Part shown: positions 19,801 to 30,400 of the stretch, piece after piece
Layout of the letters: each line of letters begins with the position of its first letter
Numbering within the stretch: the first letter of the stretch is position 1
Assembly (NCBI GenBank): GCA_007095785.1
Contig: SFBL01000019.1
Span: 15,207-55,206, forward strand
Length of the DNA: 40,000 bases
Source of the DNA: Microcystis aeruginosa Ma_SC_T_19800800_S464
Lineage (GTDB): Bacteria; Cyanobacteriota; Cyanobacteriia; Cyanobacteriales; Microcystaceae
Reading direction: 5' to 3'
The notes under the pieces: model-generated
Seen by the model: only the letters and a program-made list of their open reading frames with translations
What the model was told of the DNA's origin: nothing
Databases searched by the model: none
Program-made: the position numbers and the translations under genes

Positions 19801-22800
19801 TAGCCAGAATCCCGATGATTAAGTTGTGATCACGCTGGAGCATCACCCCAATCACTTTTCCTACACCTAGCTGATATTCCTGCTGTAAATAATGAGTAAG
19901 ACGATTGACTTTTTCATTTAATTCTTGATAGCTAAGGCTAATTTTTCCCGCAATTAAGGCGGGAGCATTAGGGGTTAATTTAACTTGAGCTACAAAGTCA
20001 TCAATGATGGTGGATTTTTCAGGGAGTTTGCGAGTTTTTCCCGTTAATTGTCTGAGTAACTGCTCTTGTTGGACTGAGGTTAATAAAGGTAACTGATAAA
20101 GAAGATTATTAGCATCGTCAATGATTCCCCTCAGCAAAATTTCAAAGCTTTCAATAAATTGTTTAATTGTCTCTTTTTTAAAGAGTTCTGTATTGTAGTT
20201 GCAGTAAATAATGAGGTTATCATTAAGTTCAATTAAGTTAAATCCTAGATCAAAAGGGGTGTAACCAATCGGTTCCGGTGGCAAGGATACTTTTAAGTCT
20301 TTAAACTCAGGCAGAGTTAAACTAGGATCCATGTTAAAAGATACCGAAATGAGAGGGGAACGAGAAAAATCTCTAGGTAATTGTAAAGCTGCTAATAAAT
20401 CCTCTAAAGTATAACTCTGATGGCGAAAAGCGTCTATCAGGGTTTGTTTAGTATGTTGTAAATGTTCAATAAAAGAGGTGGTAGCATCGACTTGTATCCG
20501 CAGGGGTAAAAATTGAGAACAAAAGCCTACTAAGTTGTCACTGCCTTCTATTTGTCGCCCAGAAATAGGAATACCAATGACTAAATCTTTATGGCCAGAA
20601 ATTCGACGCAAAAAAGCAGTATAAGCGGCGAACATCGTCATAAATAATGTAGCTTTATTTTTGCGTCCTACTTTCTGCAAATTTTGCCCAACTTCAGAAG
20701 GAATGACTTGACTTTCTTGTCCACCAGTGTAGGTTTTAACAGCGGGACGGGGAAAGTCGGTGGGAAGCTCAAAGGTTGGCAGATCTTCCTGATAGGTTTT
20801 CAACCAAAAATCCCGATGCTCTAACATTTGTGGACTTTGCGTCTCTTGCGCTCGCAAAGCTAAATATTGCCGAAACTGCATCGGTGGTTTGAGAACCTCT
20901 TTAGTTGTGTTATTTGGGGATGAATAAAATTGACCAATTTCCTGCAAAATTAATCCTAGTGACCAACCATCTGCCACAATATGATGAGTTTTTAAAGATA
21001 GCAGATAATGGCTAGGTTTTAAGCGCATTAAAATCACAGCAAATAAGGGGGCAATCGACAAGTCAAAGGGTTTTTGGGAAAACTGAGATCGTAACGCTAA
21101 GGCCGTCGCTTCGGGATTATCTTCATCCTTCAAATCAATTAGTTTTAATTTAATGTTAACTTCATTGACAACTTCCTGTAATTCTCCTTGTTCTATAATT
21201 TGGGTTCGCAAAGCTTCATGGCGATTAATAACTTGATTAATCGTTTTTTCTAAAATGTAAACATCTAAAGAACCTCGTAATTCTAGGGATGTTGTGACGT
21301 TATAGGATGCTGAAGCATTCCGGTCTAATTCAGCTAATAACCAAAGCTGACGTTGAGCTTCACTGGTGGGAAAGGATTGATTTAAAGATGGTAAATGTCC
21401 CCTACCATCTTCATCTTCAGAGAGCTGCTTTTTTTCTTCTTTCTTGACTTGGGGGCGTTTAGCATTAGCAAAAAAACTGGCTTGCTGCAATTCCGTAATC
21501 GCTTCTTTGACAGCTACTATAACTTTGTCTATATCCTCATTAGTATGGCAGGTGGAGAGAAAACAAACTCGTTTTTCCCATGTGTAGATTCCTTTGAGAT
21601 TTAATAGGTAATAAAAGAGGGGTAATTCGATGGGTTGTAAGAAGATACTATAAGCTCCAAAGGGTTCAAAGCGGAATAAAGACCCAAAATTAACAACCCG
21701 AATCGGAATGCCTATTTCTTGAAAGAACTGATTGACTTCGGTGGCTAATCGATGAGTTAATTGATTCACTTTTTCTTGAATCGTTGGACTGTTTTCCCGA
21801 AGATGTAACAGCACAGCACGACAAGCAGCAAGGGCTAAAGGATGACGACAAAAAGTTCCCCCAAAAGCGGTTAACTCGGTTTGGGGATGAGAGTCATCTC
21901 CGTACTGCCAGAAACCGCCGTCAACGGTATCTAAGAAATCTGCTTTACCGCAGATCATACTAATTGGTAAACCTCCTCCAATCGCCTTACCATAAATGAC
22001 TATATCGGCTTCAACATTGAACCATTCTTGCGCTCCTCCCGGAGCAATCCGAAAGCCGGTAATAATTTCATCAAAAATGAGTGTGATTCCTTTTTTGTGG
22101 GTTATTTGTCGTAGTTTTTGCAGAAATTCTTGAGGCTGTAAATCGGGTTTGCGACTTTGAACTGGTTCGACTAATACGGCGGCTAAATCATCAGCATGAG
22201 TAGCAATAATATCGAGGCTTTCTTCAACTCCATAACTCAAGACTATTACGTCTTCAACCATTCCTAAAGGGGTGCCTAGACTTAAAGGTTGAGCAGTGGT
22301 TTTATCTTCTCCTACTCGTGCTAAGATGCCGTCAAAAGTTCCATGATAGGAGCCGGCAAACATAACGATTTTTTGACGTTTTGTACGGGAGCGAGCAATG
22401 CGAACAGCCGCCATAATCGCCTCGGTTCCCGTATTACTAAAAGCGACTCTTTCGACTCGGCCCATTTCACTAATTAAAGCGGCGGTTTCGGCGGCCAGAT
22501 TTGACTGCATTCCTAAACCTATTCCTCGATTTATTTGTTCTTGAACCGCTTCAATGACAAAATCAGGACTATGCCCAAAAAAGTTAACCCCAAACCCCAT
22601 GGCTAAGTCAATGTAATTATTGCCATCAATGTCCTTAAAATAAGCCCCTTGAGCGGATTCTGAAACAATGGGATATTGAAATTCTTTTAAGGCCATGCGG
22701 AAGTCAATGGTCGGTTTAACATCTACCATTGTCTTACGGCTATTTTGTGAATAGGCTTTTGATTTGGCGGTTTTCTGGTTATAAATACCCTGTAAATTTT

Positions 22801-25800
22801 GAATAAAGGCTTGTTGTTGTTCGGTTAAGGATTTGTTCTCAGTCAGCTTTAAGGCTAAGGGGTTTAAATTGGGAGAACTAGGTTTCTCAGGAGATTTGGG
22901 CTTCTCTTGAGAAACCGGCGGGTAAGTTTCTATTTTAGAGCTTTGGGCAGGAATGATTTGAGTCTGATTCGTTAATATTTCGGGGGCTATACTGGGGGAG
23001 ACGGGGGCAGTTTGAAGAACTTCTAATTGCTTGATAATGGTTTTTTCATGGAGGTCTTTTAGGTCTTTTAAAGATTGTAATTGAGCCATCATTAAGGCTT
23101 CTTTACCAGAGCTTTCACCAGAGACAGTGAGCTTAGGAATTGCAGGAATTGAGAGGGGTTCATCTGGCACACAAGCAAGAATTAATTCTTGTCCATTGTT
23201 AATGGGAATATTGTTTTGTTTAGAGAAACTATTCGCCGTAGCAAACCCACAACTTTTTAAAACGGAACACCAATTTTCACCCCTTAATAAGGGTGTATCT
23301 GAGCGTAATTTTTGATCCTGAAAGCGCCACCAGCCGGGGGTTAATCCAAAGGTTAAATTCAGCCATGAGTTATTTTCTACGGTTTCGAGGAGAACTAAGT
23401 AACCACCGGGGCGCAGCAGTTCCCGAATATGGGTTAGAGTTTCTGTAATATTTCGGGTCGCATGAAGGACGTTAGCGGCCACAACAATATGATAATTACG
23501 AGCAGGTATCCCCTGAGAAATGGGAGACTTTTCAATGTCTAGTTGATGAAAGTTTAGGTTATATTTTTTCTGAAATTTTTGCCTAGCTTGATGCAGTAAG
23601 AAGGGAGAAACTTCGCTAAAAGAATAAGTGATATGATCGAGATTTAAGTGGTTAAGAATTGCTTCTGAAGTGGCACCAGTTCCTCCTCCTATTTCGAGAA
23701 TTTGATAGGGGCGATCACTATTAGAAAAGTTGGTTAAAATCTGGTTAATAGCTTGGGCGACTCGTTGATTCATCAATCGAGATACGGGAGAATTGCCATA
23801 GATACTTTCTGCATGAGCAACGGAACCTTCTGGGAAAATTAATGTCAAGGGGTCTATATTTCCCTTGAGAACTTCTGCTAAATTTTCGCCGCAGCGCTGC
23901 AACATTTCTAATTCAGGTTTTGCAGATGGACAAGTTTTTTGTAGGGTTTCTAGTGCTTCGGGTAAGGAAAAAGACTCAGGTAAGTTTTTGACAGTCCAAA
24001 TATTCCCTTGATTTTGAAGAATATTGGCTTGCGCTAAATCCTGCAAATAACGATTGAGCAAAATGTGATATTTGGGAGCAATAGGTAAGGTTTGTCGTAG
24101 GGTTTCTATTGTCCATTGTTCCCCTTGATTAAGTTTTTTCCCTAAGGACTCTAAACCCTTGATGATATAGGCTGTAGCGATGGGTTGCAATTGCTCAATG
24201 ACTTGCAAATAATTGCTTAATTCTGTCTCGTCATCGATAACTTTAGTTATTATTTCTGAAGTATTTTCTAAGGGTTTTTCTTTGACAAATTGGCAGAGGT
24301 ATTCGGCGATATCAACAAGAGTTTGTAAATCGGTAAAGAGTTGATCTATTTTCACTTTGACTTGAAATTTTTCTTCAATTTTGCGAGAAAAGTCAGTCAA
24401 GATAATTGAGTCTGCTCCTAAGTTTAGTAATGTCTCATCCTCCGGCAGTTCGTTCTCATCTTCTTTCAGAAGTAAAGCCAAAATTGATTTTAATTGATTA
24501 CGGATTTCCTGTTGATGTTTTTGCATATTGAAAACTGTGGTTTCGGTATCGGTAAGGTTAGAGGTTTGTGAGTCTAGAAATATTTTGTCAATGCTCTGAT
24601 TTTCTGTTCGAGGATTAGGCTGAAATTGGAAAGGTTTCCTTTGAAAGGGATAGTTCGGCAATCTGACTTTTTTGTAGCCATAATTCTGATTGAATTGTTC
24701 TGGGTTGAAAGGCAGGCCATTGAGGTAGAGTTGTCCCAAGGCTGAAAGAATTGTATGCCAGTTATCTAAGCCACGATTGAGAGAACTTAACCAGATGACC
24801 TCATCTTTATAACGACGACCTTGTTCTGCCAGTATTGGTCTTGGTCCCACTTCTAAAAATAGGTTATATCCCTTGTTGAAAGCGGTTATCAAACTCGACA
24901 AAAATCTTACTGGTTCTCGGCATTGTTTGCTCCAATAAGTGGCATCTGGTGCATTTTCTAAAACCTCTCCATCAAGTCCTGAAAGTAAGAGAATTTGGGG
25001 TCGTTGATAAGAAATTTGACGAGCCTCTTTTTCAAATTCTTTTAAAATTGGCTCCATTAAAGGGGAATGAAAAGCCTGAGTAACGGGGAGATATTGGGCG
25101 GGAATTTTTTGCTTTTTGCAGGTGCTAATAACTTCCTCAAGGCTGGCACTTTCTCCAGCAATAACAATCTGTTGAGGGTGATTAATGGCAGCTATTGAAA
25201 CCGTTTCATTATAATTTTTAATTAGGGAACTTACTGTCTCTTCATCAGCAAAAATTGAAGCCATTTTCCCGGAGGTTGTGGTTTGCATTAATTGCCCCCG
25301 TTTGACAATTAAGGCGAGTCCAGCTTCTAAGCTAAATACCCCTGCGATACAAGCTGCTACATATTCTCCCACACTATGGCCAATCAGTAAACTGGGGGTA
25401 ATTCCCCAAGATTTCCATAGCATTGTTAGGGAATATTCTAGGGCGAATATAGCCGGTTGAGCGTAAGCGGTTTGATTGAGTAAATCGGTCTGTTCACCAA
25501 ATAATATTTCAGTTAAAGGATGGTCTAAATACTTCGCTAATATTTCGGAACATTGATCAATATATTGACGAAATGTCGGCTGAGTTTGATAGAGTTGATG
25601 CCCCATGCCGGGATAACAAGCCCCTTGCCCTGTAAAAAGAAAAACAATTTTAGGGGATTTTTCTGATGTAAAACGTTGATAAAAAGTCAAATCATCAAGT
25701 GGGGTTTCTTCAGCAAAAGCGGTTAATCTTTGTTGTAATTCTGGACAAGTATCGCCAACAATGGCTAAACGTTCAGGTAAATCTATCCTTCCGACAGCTG

Positions 25801-27322
25801 CACTATAACAAATATCTCCAATTTCAGGATGAGATTCTAGGAGGGTATGAAAACGTTTAGCTAATTCTTTTAAAGCGGTTTTGTTGTGGGCTGAAAGAGT
25901 TAAGAGATGACTAGGAATTTGTTGTTGAATTTCTGAGATTTTGCTTACGGGTGCTTGTTGAACAATGACATGGGCATTTGTGCCGGAAAACCCGAAAGAA
26001 CTTACCCCAGCTATAGGGACTTTATTGTTATTCGGCCAAGGTATATTTTGAGTAGGAATTTCAATAGGATGGTCTTGCCAATTAATCAGAGGATTAGGGC
26101 TTTGGAAATGAAGATGGGGCGGGATTTCACCCTGTTGAAGAATCAGAATCGTTTTAATTATTCCCGCCATGCCAGCAGCGGCTTCAAGGTGGCCGATATT
26201 GGTTTTCACTGAGGCGACATAAAGAGGGTCGGAGCGCTTTCCATAAACTGAGGCAATGGCATTCAATTCGATGGGATCTCCTAAAGAAGTGCCTGTGCCA
26301 TGAGCTTCTATGTAGCTGACATCTTCAGGGACTATTCTGGCATCAGCTAGAGCTTGACGGAGCAATTCTTGCTGGGCGGGTCCACTGGGTACGGTTAAAC
26401 CGGCAGCAGCCCCATTATGATTCACCGCCGAACCTCGCAACAGGGCAAGAATGTGATCCCCGTTTTTCTGGGCTTCTGATAAAGTTTTTAAGATTAAAAC
26501 CCCACAGCCTTCCCCTCGCACATATCCGTTAGCAGAGGCATCGAAGGTTTTGCAACGCCCATCGGGGGACATCATTCCCGACTGAGAAAGACTAATCGTA
26601 ATTGCGGGTTCTAAAATGAGGTTTACCCCACCCACTAAAGCGAGTTCACATTCACGATTTCTCAGGCTACGAATCCCCTGATGGACGGCTACTAATGAGG
26701 AGGCACAGGCTGCATCAATCGAGAGACAAGGACCGTGAAGATTGAGAAAATAAGATAGCCTTCCGGCGGCTGCGCTTAGAGCATTGCCGGTGCCAAAAAA
26801 AGAGTCAATTTGATCATAGTTTGTGCCGTAAACCTTCAGGGCATGATCAATGCTAGTAATCCCCACAAATACCCCTACTTTATTATCTGCTAAATTTTTC
26901 AGAGGTAAATTGGCATTTTCTAAGGCTTCCCAAGCAACTTCTAAGAGTAACCTTTGTTGAGGATCCATGGAGGCTGCTTCTCTTGCTGAAATCGAAAAGA
27001 AACGGGCATCAAATTCTGTAATATTCTCTTGAAGAAATCCCCCATAAGCGGTGTTCATTTTTCCTAAAGTTGGTTCTTGAGAATACAGTTTTGATATATC
27101 CCAACGGCTTTTAGGAACTTCTACTATGGCATCAAGTCCAGCTTGACAAAAACTCCAATACTTTTCTGGGGAATTAATACCTCCAGGAAAACGACAAGCC
27201 ATTCCGACCACCGCAATGGATTCACTTTGTCTCGTCTCTAATTCATTGATACGAGCTTGCATTACCTCCATTTTGCTTAAGGTCGTTGCCATTAATTTTT
27301 TGTAATCTATACTCTCAACCAT
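16859..27322 (-). CDS. mcyE: Microcystin synthetase E: hybrid PKS/NRPS (KS-AT-ACP-CM-aminotransferase-C-A-PCP-C)
   Basis: The PKS part has KS DAACASS (Cys 26705-26707) and AT GQGA, GHSVGE (Ser 25373-25375) and QAFHS. It also has ACP LGADS (Ser 24407-24409) and the CM motif ILEIGGGTGATS (23666-23701). The class-III aminotransferase has its PLP lysine in YGKAIGGGLP (Lys 21986-21988). The NRPS part has C1 HHIVADG (20966-20986) and A core YTSGSTGNPKG (19532-19564). It ends with PCP IGGHS (Ser 18389-18391) and C2 HHIIFDG (17807-17827). The protein is 3487 aa. Confidence 0.97.
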   Translation of the reverse strand: MVESIDYKKLMATTLSKMEVMQARINELETRQSESIAVVGMACRFPGGINSPEKYWSFCQAGLDAIVEVPKSRWDISKLYSQEPTLGKMNTAYGGFLQENITEFDARFFSISAREAASMDPQQRLLLEVAWEALENANLPLKNLADNKVGVFVGITSIDHALKVYGTNYDQIDSFFGTGNALSAAAGRLSYFLNLHGPCLSIDAACASSLVAVHQGIRSLRNRECELALVGGVNLILEPAITISLSQSGMMSPDGRCKTFDASANGYVRGEGCGVLILKTLSEAQKNGDHILALLRGSAVNHNGAAAGLTVPSGPAQQELLRQALADARIVPEDVSYIEAHGTGTSLGDPIELNAIASVYGKRSDPLYVASVKTNIGHLEAAAGMAGIIKTILILQQGEIPPHLHFQSPNPLINWQDHPIEIPTQNIPWPNNNKVPIAGVSSFGFSGTNAHVIVQQAPVSKISEIQQQIPSHLLTLSAHNKTALKELAKRFHTLLESHPEIGDICYSAAVGRIDLPERLAIVGDTCPELQQRLTAFAEETPLDDLTFYQRFTSEKSPKIVFLFTGQGACYPGMGHQLYQTQPTFRQYIDQCSEILAKYLDHPLTEILFGEQTDLLNQTAYAQPAIFALEYSLTMLWKSWGITPSLLIGHSVGEYVAACIAGVFSLEAGLALIVKRGQLMQTTTSGKMASIFADEETVSSLIKNYNETVSIAAINHPQQIVIAGESASLEEVISTCKKQKIPAQYLPVTQAFHSPLMEPILKEFEKEARQISYQRPQILLLSGLDGEVLENAPDATYWSKQCREPVRFLSSLITAFNKGYNLFLEVGPRPILAEQGRRYKDEVIWLSSLNRGLDNWHTILSALGQLYLNGLPFNPEQFNQNYGYKKVRLPNYPFQRKPFQFQPNPRTENQSIDKIFLDSQTSNLTDTETTVFNMQKHQQEIRNQLKSILALLLKEDENELPEDETLLNLGADSIILTDFSRKIEEKFQVKVKIDQLFTDLQTLVDIAEYLCQFVKEKPLENTSEIITKVIDDETELSNYLQVIEQLQPIATAYIIKGLESLGKKLNQGEQWTIETLRQTLPIAPKYHILLNRYLQDLAQANILQNQGNIWTVKNLPESFSLPEALETLQKTCPSAKPELEMLQRCGENLAEVLKGNIDPLTLIFPEGSVAHAESIYGNSPVSRLMNQRVAQAINQILTNFSNSDRPYQILEIGGGTGATSEAILNHLNLDHITYSFSEVSPFLLHQARQKFQKKYNLNFHQLDIEKSPISQGIPARNYHIVVAANVLHATRNITETLTHIRELLRPGGYLVLLETVENNSWLNLTFGLTPGWWRFQDQKLRSDTPLLRGENWCSVLKSCGFATANSFSKQNNIPINNGQELILACVPDEPLSIPAIPKLTVSGESSGKEALMMAQLQSLKDLKDLHEKTIIKQLEVLQTAPVSPSIAPEILTNQTQIIPAQSSKIETYPPVSQEKPKSPEKPSSPNLNPLALKLTENKSLTEQQQAFIQNLQGIYNQKTAKSKAYSQNSRKTMVDVKPTIDFRMALKEFQYPIVSESAQGAYFKDIDGNNYIDLAMGFGVNFFGHSPDFVIEAVQEQINRGIGLGMQSNLAAETAALISEMGRVERVAFSNTGTEAIMAAVRIARSRTKRQKIVMFAGSYHGTFDGILARVGEDKTTAQPLSLGTPLGMVEDVIVLSYGVEESLDIIATHADDLAAVLVEPVQSRKPDLQPQEFLQKLRQITHKKGITLIFDEIITGFRIAPGGAQEWFNVEADIVIYGKAIGGGLPISMICGKADFLDTVDGGFWQYGDDSHPQTELTAFGGTFCRHPLALAACRAVLLHLRENSPTIQEKVNQLTHRLATEVNQFFQEIGIPIRVVNFGSLFRFEPFGAYSIFLQPIELPLFYYLLNLKGIYTWEKRVCFLSTCHTNEDIDKVIVAVKEAITELQQASFFANAKRPQVKKEEKKQLSEDEDGRGHLPSLNQSFPTSEAQRQLWLLAELDRNASASYNVTTSLELRGSLDVYILEKTINQVINRHEALRTQIIEQGELQEVVNEVNIKLKLIDLKDEDNPEATALALRSQFSQKPFDLSIAPLFAVILMRLKPSHYLLSLKTHHIVADGWSLGLILQEIGQFYSSPNNTTKEVLKPPMQFRQYLALRAQETQSPQMLEHRDFWLKTYQEDLPTFELPTDFPRPAVKTYTGGQESQVIPSEVGQNLQKVGRKNKATLFMTMFAAYTAFLRRISGHKDLVIGIPISGRQIEGSDNLVGFCSQFLPLRIQVDATTSFIEHLQHTKQTLIDAFRHQSYTLEDLLAALQLPRDFSRSPLISVSFNMDPSLTLPEFKDLKVSLPPEPIGYTPFDLGFNLIELNDNLIIYCNYNTELFKKETIKQFIESFEILLRGIIDDANNLLYQLPLLTSVQQEQLLRQLTGKTRKLPEKSTIIDDFVAQVKLTPNAPALIAGKISLSYQELNEKVNRLTHYLQQEYQLGVGKVIGVMLQRDHNLIIGILATFKTGATYVPIDSQYPNSRIEFILKDSGCHVCLTESNFISKLPEKMEKICLDKIDPIVEKYDKDEPKIFRNSSQTAYIFYTSGSTGNPKGVMGRHISILNVIQSLRLTFDLDKHPEWRYIFTAAVTHDPSIRNIFLPLTIGASLYMYEIKYIGHLVSFLQENQINALHTTPSIYREIFGLLEPEETISSLKYISVGGEKLDRETALALRKRFPAEIVSNVYGSTETCVGVSQYEITENLDSEIPLGQVFHNNRLGVLDEFNNPVPLHVIGEICVEGAALASGYHNQPEMTQEKFKPSFLDETKTLFRTGDLGKQTAPGIIEFMGRKDNQVKVNGYRIDPGEIEYQLTRYAPIERAIVLPVQVNNQTQLSAYCQTDKTLEIAEIREFLAKFLPVYMIPSYFIFLKQFPLTRHGKLDLHSLRELRETGKSLVTSNYVAPRNYLESNLVSIWEKILSKHPIGIFDNFFEIGGHSLLLSRVVTRVHKELNVSVKLADFFKVPTIAGLATLISQTQYNYQEPIAAIPPQKSYPMSHGQRRLWALEFLDHNHNAYGMPSAYQFKGNLNIDAFENAFQQLIQRHEILRTTFTLINNQPRQVVHNQMNFVIKQIDLTAYVSTEQENLIEEAISHNAKTTFDLEVGPLLKVNLLKLSQENYIVLFNMHHIIFDGWSAGVLIKDFLTHYHAYGQENSQLMDPLRIHYKDYTSWQENQLETSKLQDQRDYWLAKLTPVPVRLNLPVDYPRPPVKSFQGNTITWQPEPELIDTFEKLVKAQEASLFMGLVSLVKSFLFRYTEQNEITIGSAIAGRNHPDLEDQIGFYVNTLVLRDQIADHDSFTDVLSKVKTTTLEAYDHQDYPFDQIVSDLNLQRDPSRNALFDVAIVLQNNQNVDLALDGIIVNSIDPKMITAKFDLEFIFVEEEELYLKLIYNTDIFIHERILLIINLFKNWLEQVLKFAHEPLINLSLASSENLIQEGQELFTEDFNF

Positions 27323-27486
27323 GCCCCATTCTCTATAATTTCTAAGTTTATCCGCCGTTAAATATAAATTAGGATGCTGCTATCAGTGAATATAAACAAA
27401 AGTTTAACTCCACAGAGTTAAGCTTACTCATGTTCATCTACTTAGCCTACCACATCTCATGCCTTTTGAAACATTATTTTTAAAAT

Positions 27487-30400
27487 TTAACCTCCATATT
27501 GATCAAGCTCCGTTAATTTTTGATTAAGTAATCTTGCCAGTTCGTCTTCACTGAGGTTGTCATAGGGACTATGATTGTCAGGAATTGGATTTATTTTAAT
27601 CTCAAAATCGAGATGATTGGCTAGAATTTGTTCCCGTAAGTAGGTACTTAAGCTGAGAAGATTAGGATAATCGAAAATAATCGAGGATGGCAATTTACAC
27701 CCTAAATCTCTTTCTAAGCGATTTTTAAATTCTATAACCATTAGAGAGTTTAAACCTAAGTCTAAGAATGATGTTTGTTGAGGAATAACCTTATTTTCAT
27801 TTAACCCTGTCACTTCTCTTAATATTTTCTCCAGTCCTTCTACTAAAGCGGTTATTCGTTCGTCTATAGAGACAGACTTTAATTGTTCTAATAGTTTTGC
27901 TGGACTTGTTTGTTTTTGATTGTTTAGGGTTAATACCTCGCTAAAGAAGGGTTGACTAATGTTGAAAGTTTGATTAAAAATCGACCAATCAATATCGAGA
28001 ACTATCCCTTGAGTAATATCACCTAAAATTACCTGACTGAGATATTGAAACGCTTGCTCAGAAGGCATCATCTGCAAACCCCAATTAGCGAAACGTTGTT
28101 GATCAATTTGGTTGCCCGTCTCCCAAGCTCCCCAATTAATACTAATACCAGGTAATCCTAAACTTTGCCGTTGCTGCATTAGAGCATCCAGGAAAGCATT
28201 AGCCGCCGCATAATTACTTTGACCCGGTGAACCAAGGATAACAGCCGCAGAAGAAAAGCTTACGAAAAAGTCCAAAGATAGAGAGCGAGTATAACGATCT
28301 AATAATAAAGTTCCTGCTACTTTTGGACTGATTACCTTTTGATATTTTTGCCAACTTTGATTACTGATCAGCCCATCTTCTAAGACCGCTGCTGCGTGAA
28401 TTATTCCTCGTAAGACGGGTAAGTCTGCCCCAAAACGAGAGAATAAATTTTTCATATCTGTGGGGGAAGTAATATCAGCTTCAATCAAGGTTACTTTTGT
28501 GCCTTTTTCCACTAATGAGGCTATCAATTCTGTTGAAGATTTAACATGGCGACTACACAAAACTAAGTGACTTGCTCCCATTTCTGATAACCATTGAGCC
28601 ACTAATCCGCCCAGTTTTCCTCCCCCTCCCGTGATTAAATAAGCCCCTGACTGATTAATAAACTGTCGTTTTTCTGAGATAGGAAGAGATGCAGAAACTA
28701 ACCTGGCTGCGTAGCGGGTTCCTTGACGTAAAGCCAAACGGAATTCATGGGGGAAACACTTTAATTCATTGAATAAAAGTTCATCTTCATTAGCTTCTTT
28801 ATGGATTGGTAAATCTAAACAAACACAACCCATTTTAGGATACTCTTGATTAATGACTGCTCCTAATCCCCATAAATGAGACTGTTGAGGAGATAAAGCC
28901 GTATCATTGCTCATCTTATTAGCCCCGCGAGTAATCAGCCATAAATGGGGTAATTTCTCCCAGTTATTAGTGAGGGTTTGCACTAAATTTAAGACGGCAT
29001 GAGAACTCTGATCTACTGTATCTAGAACATCTTCAGCTTCTGAAGATTCCCAACAAAAAACAACACCAGTCGGAAATTCTCCAGATGGATAAGCTTCTTG
29101 ATAGAGACGCTGAAAATCAGATTTCTGAGCGGGATTGATCACAAAATAATCTTGAGAATGACATTGATAATTCTGCCCCATTTCTACAGTAATTACTTTT
29201 TCTCCTGCCTTTTTGTATAAATTAATTAGGGAATTTAAGTTTGTTTCTGGACGAACCAAGACTAACCAAGAATTTTGAGGATCAACGGCAACAGTTGGCA
29301 TTGAAGAAAGTTTTTTCCATTCCACTTTATAAAAGCAATTGTTTGACTTTTCTTGCCATAAACTCTGTAAAATATCTGGATTTATGCGCCGGGCTGTTAA
29401 GTCAGTAAAGCGAGCGCAAAGCTGTTCTTGTTCATTATAAATATTAACATTTACTCTCATTTCACCATTAGTATCTGAGATGACCTGAACTTCCGTCCAA
29501 ACTTGCGAAGTTGGATTTAGGAATATTTCCAAGGAAGAGAATCCATAAGGTAGATGCAATTCTTGACCATGAATTTCGGGGAAAGCTGCCCCAATACTTT
29601 GTAAGCAAGCATCCAAAAGAACTGGATGAAAATGATAACGCCGATCCGCTAAACTAGGGTTAATACTAATTTTAGCTTGAGAGCCTTTTTTGAAAGAATA
29701 TAACTCTTGAATCGCTTGGAACTGCTCCCCATACCTGATCCCCATCTGCTGATAAAGTTCATAGAATTCACGAATAGAAATCGATTCTTTAGGGTTTTCT
29801 CTTTCTAATTTAGTTTGGGTTAATTCTGAGGCAGCCAAGCTTTGTATCTCCTTAGGTTTGACTTCACCTGTAACATGAAGAACCCATTTTTCTTGTGCAG
29901 AATCACTGCTAAATATCTCAAAAGTATAAATCAGTTGAGATGATTTTTTAGGTCTAAAAATTATTTGGACTATTAAGGGAGTTGGAGATAAGAGTAATCC
30001 CTGATGAATAGAGACATTTTGAAGGGTGACAAAATGCCCATTAAATATTTTCTGACTTGCGGCTAAAATAGCTTCAATAAAACCAGTAGCTGGAAATACA
30101 ATGTTATCAAATACCTGATGTTCTTCTAAATAACTAGGGTTAAGATAACTCACCTCACCTTCAAAGATCATGTCTCCCGTTGCTAACTTTTTAAAATCTT
30201 TAATAAAAGGATGTAACTGAGTCTTGATTTGCCCTAGAGAAAATTCCGAATTAGATAGCCAATACCGTTCTCTTTGAAAGGGATAAGTCGGTAAAATAAT
30301 CCGCTTACCTTGTTTAAATACTGTAGTCCAGTCTACAGAATAACCATTAACAAAAAGTGTCGCTAAACTTCTATACATTTGTGCCTGTTCATCCTGCCCG

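Noticed and set aside
30172-30213. The DH2 motif of McyD reads HPFIKDFKKLA instead of the canonical HxxxGxxxxP.
   Set aside because: The catalytic His is present, the downstream EEHQVFD...FPATG and HPVLLDACLQ motifs are intact, and the pathway needs this dehydration. It is probably a tolerated variant rather than an inactive domain.
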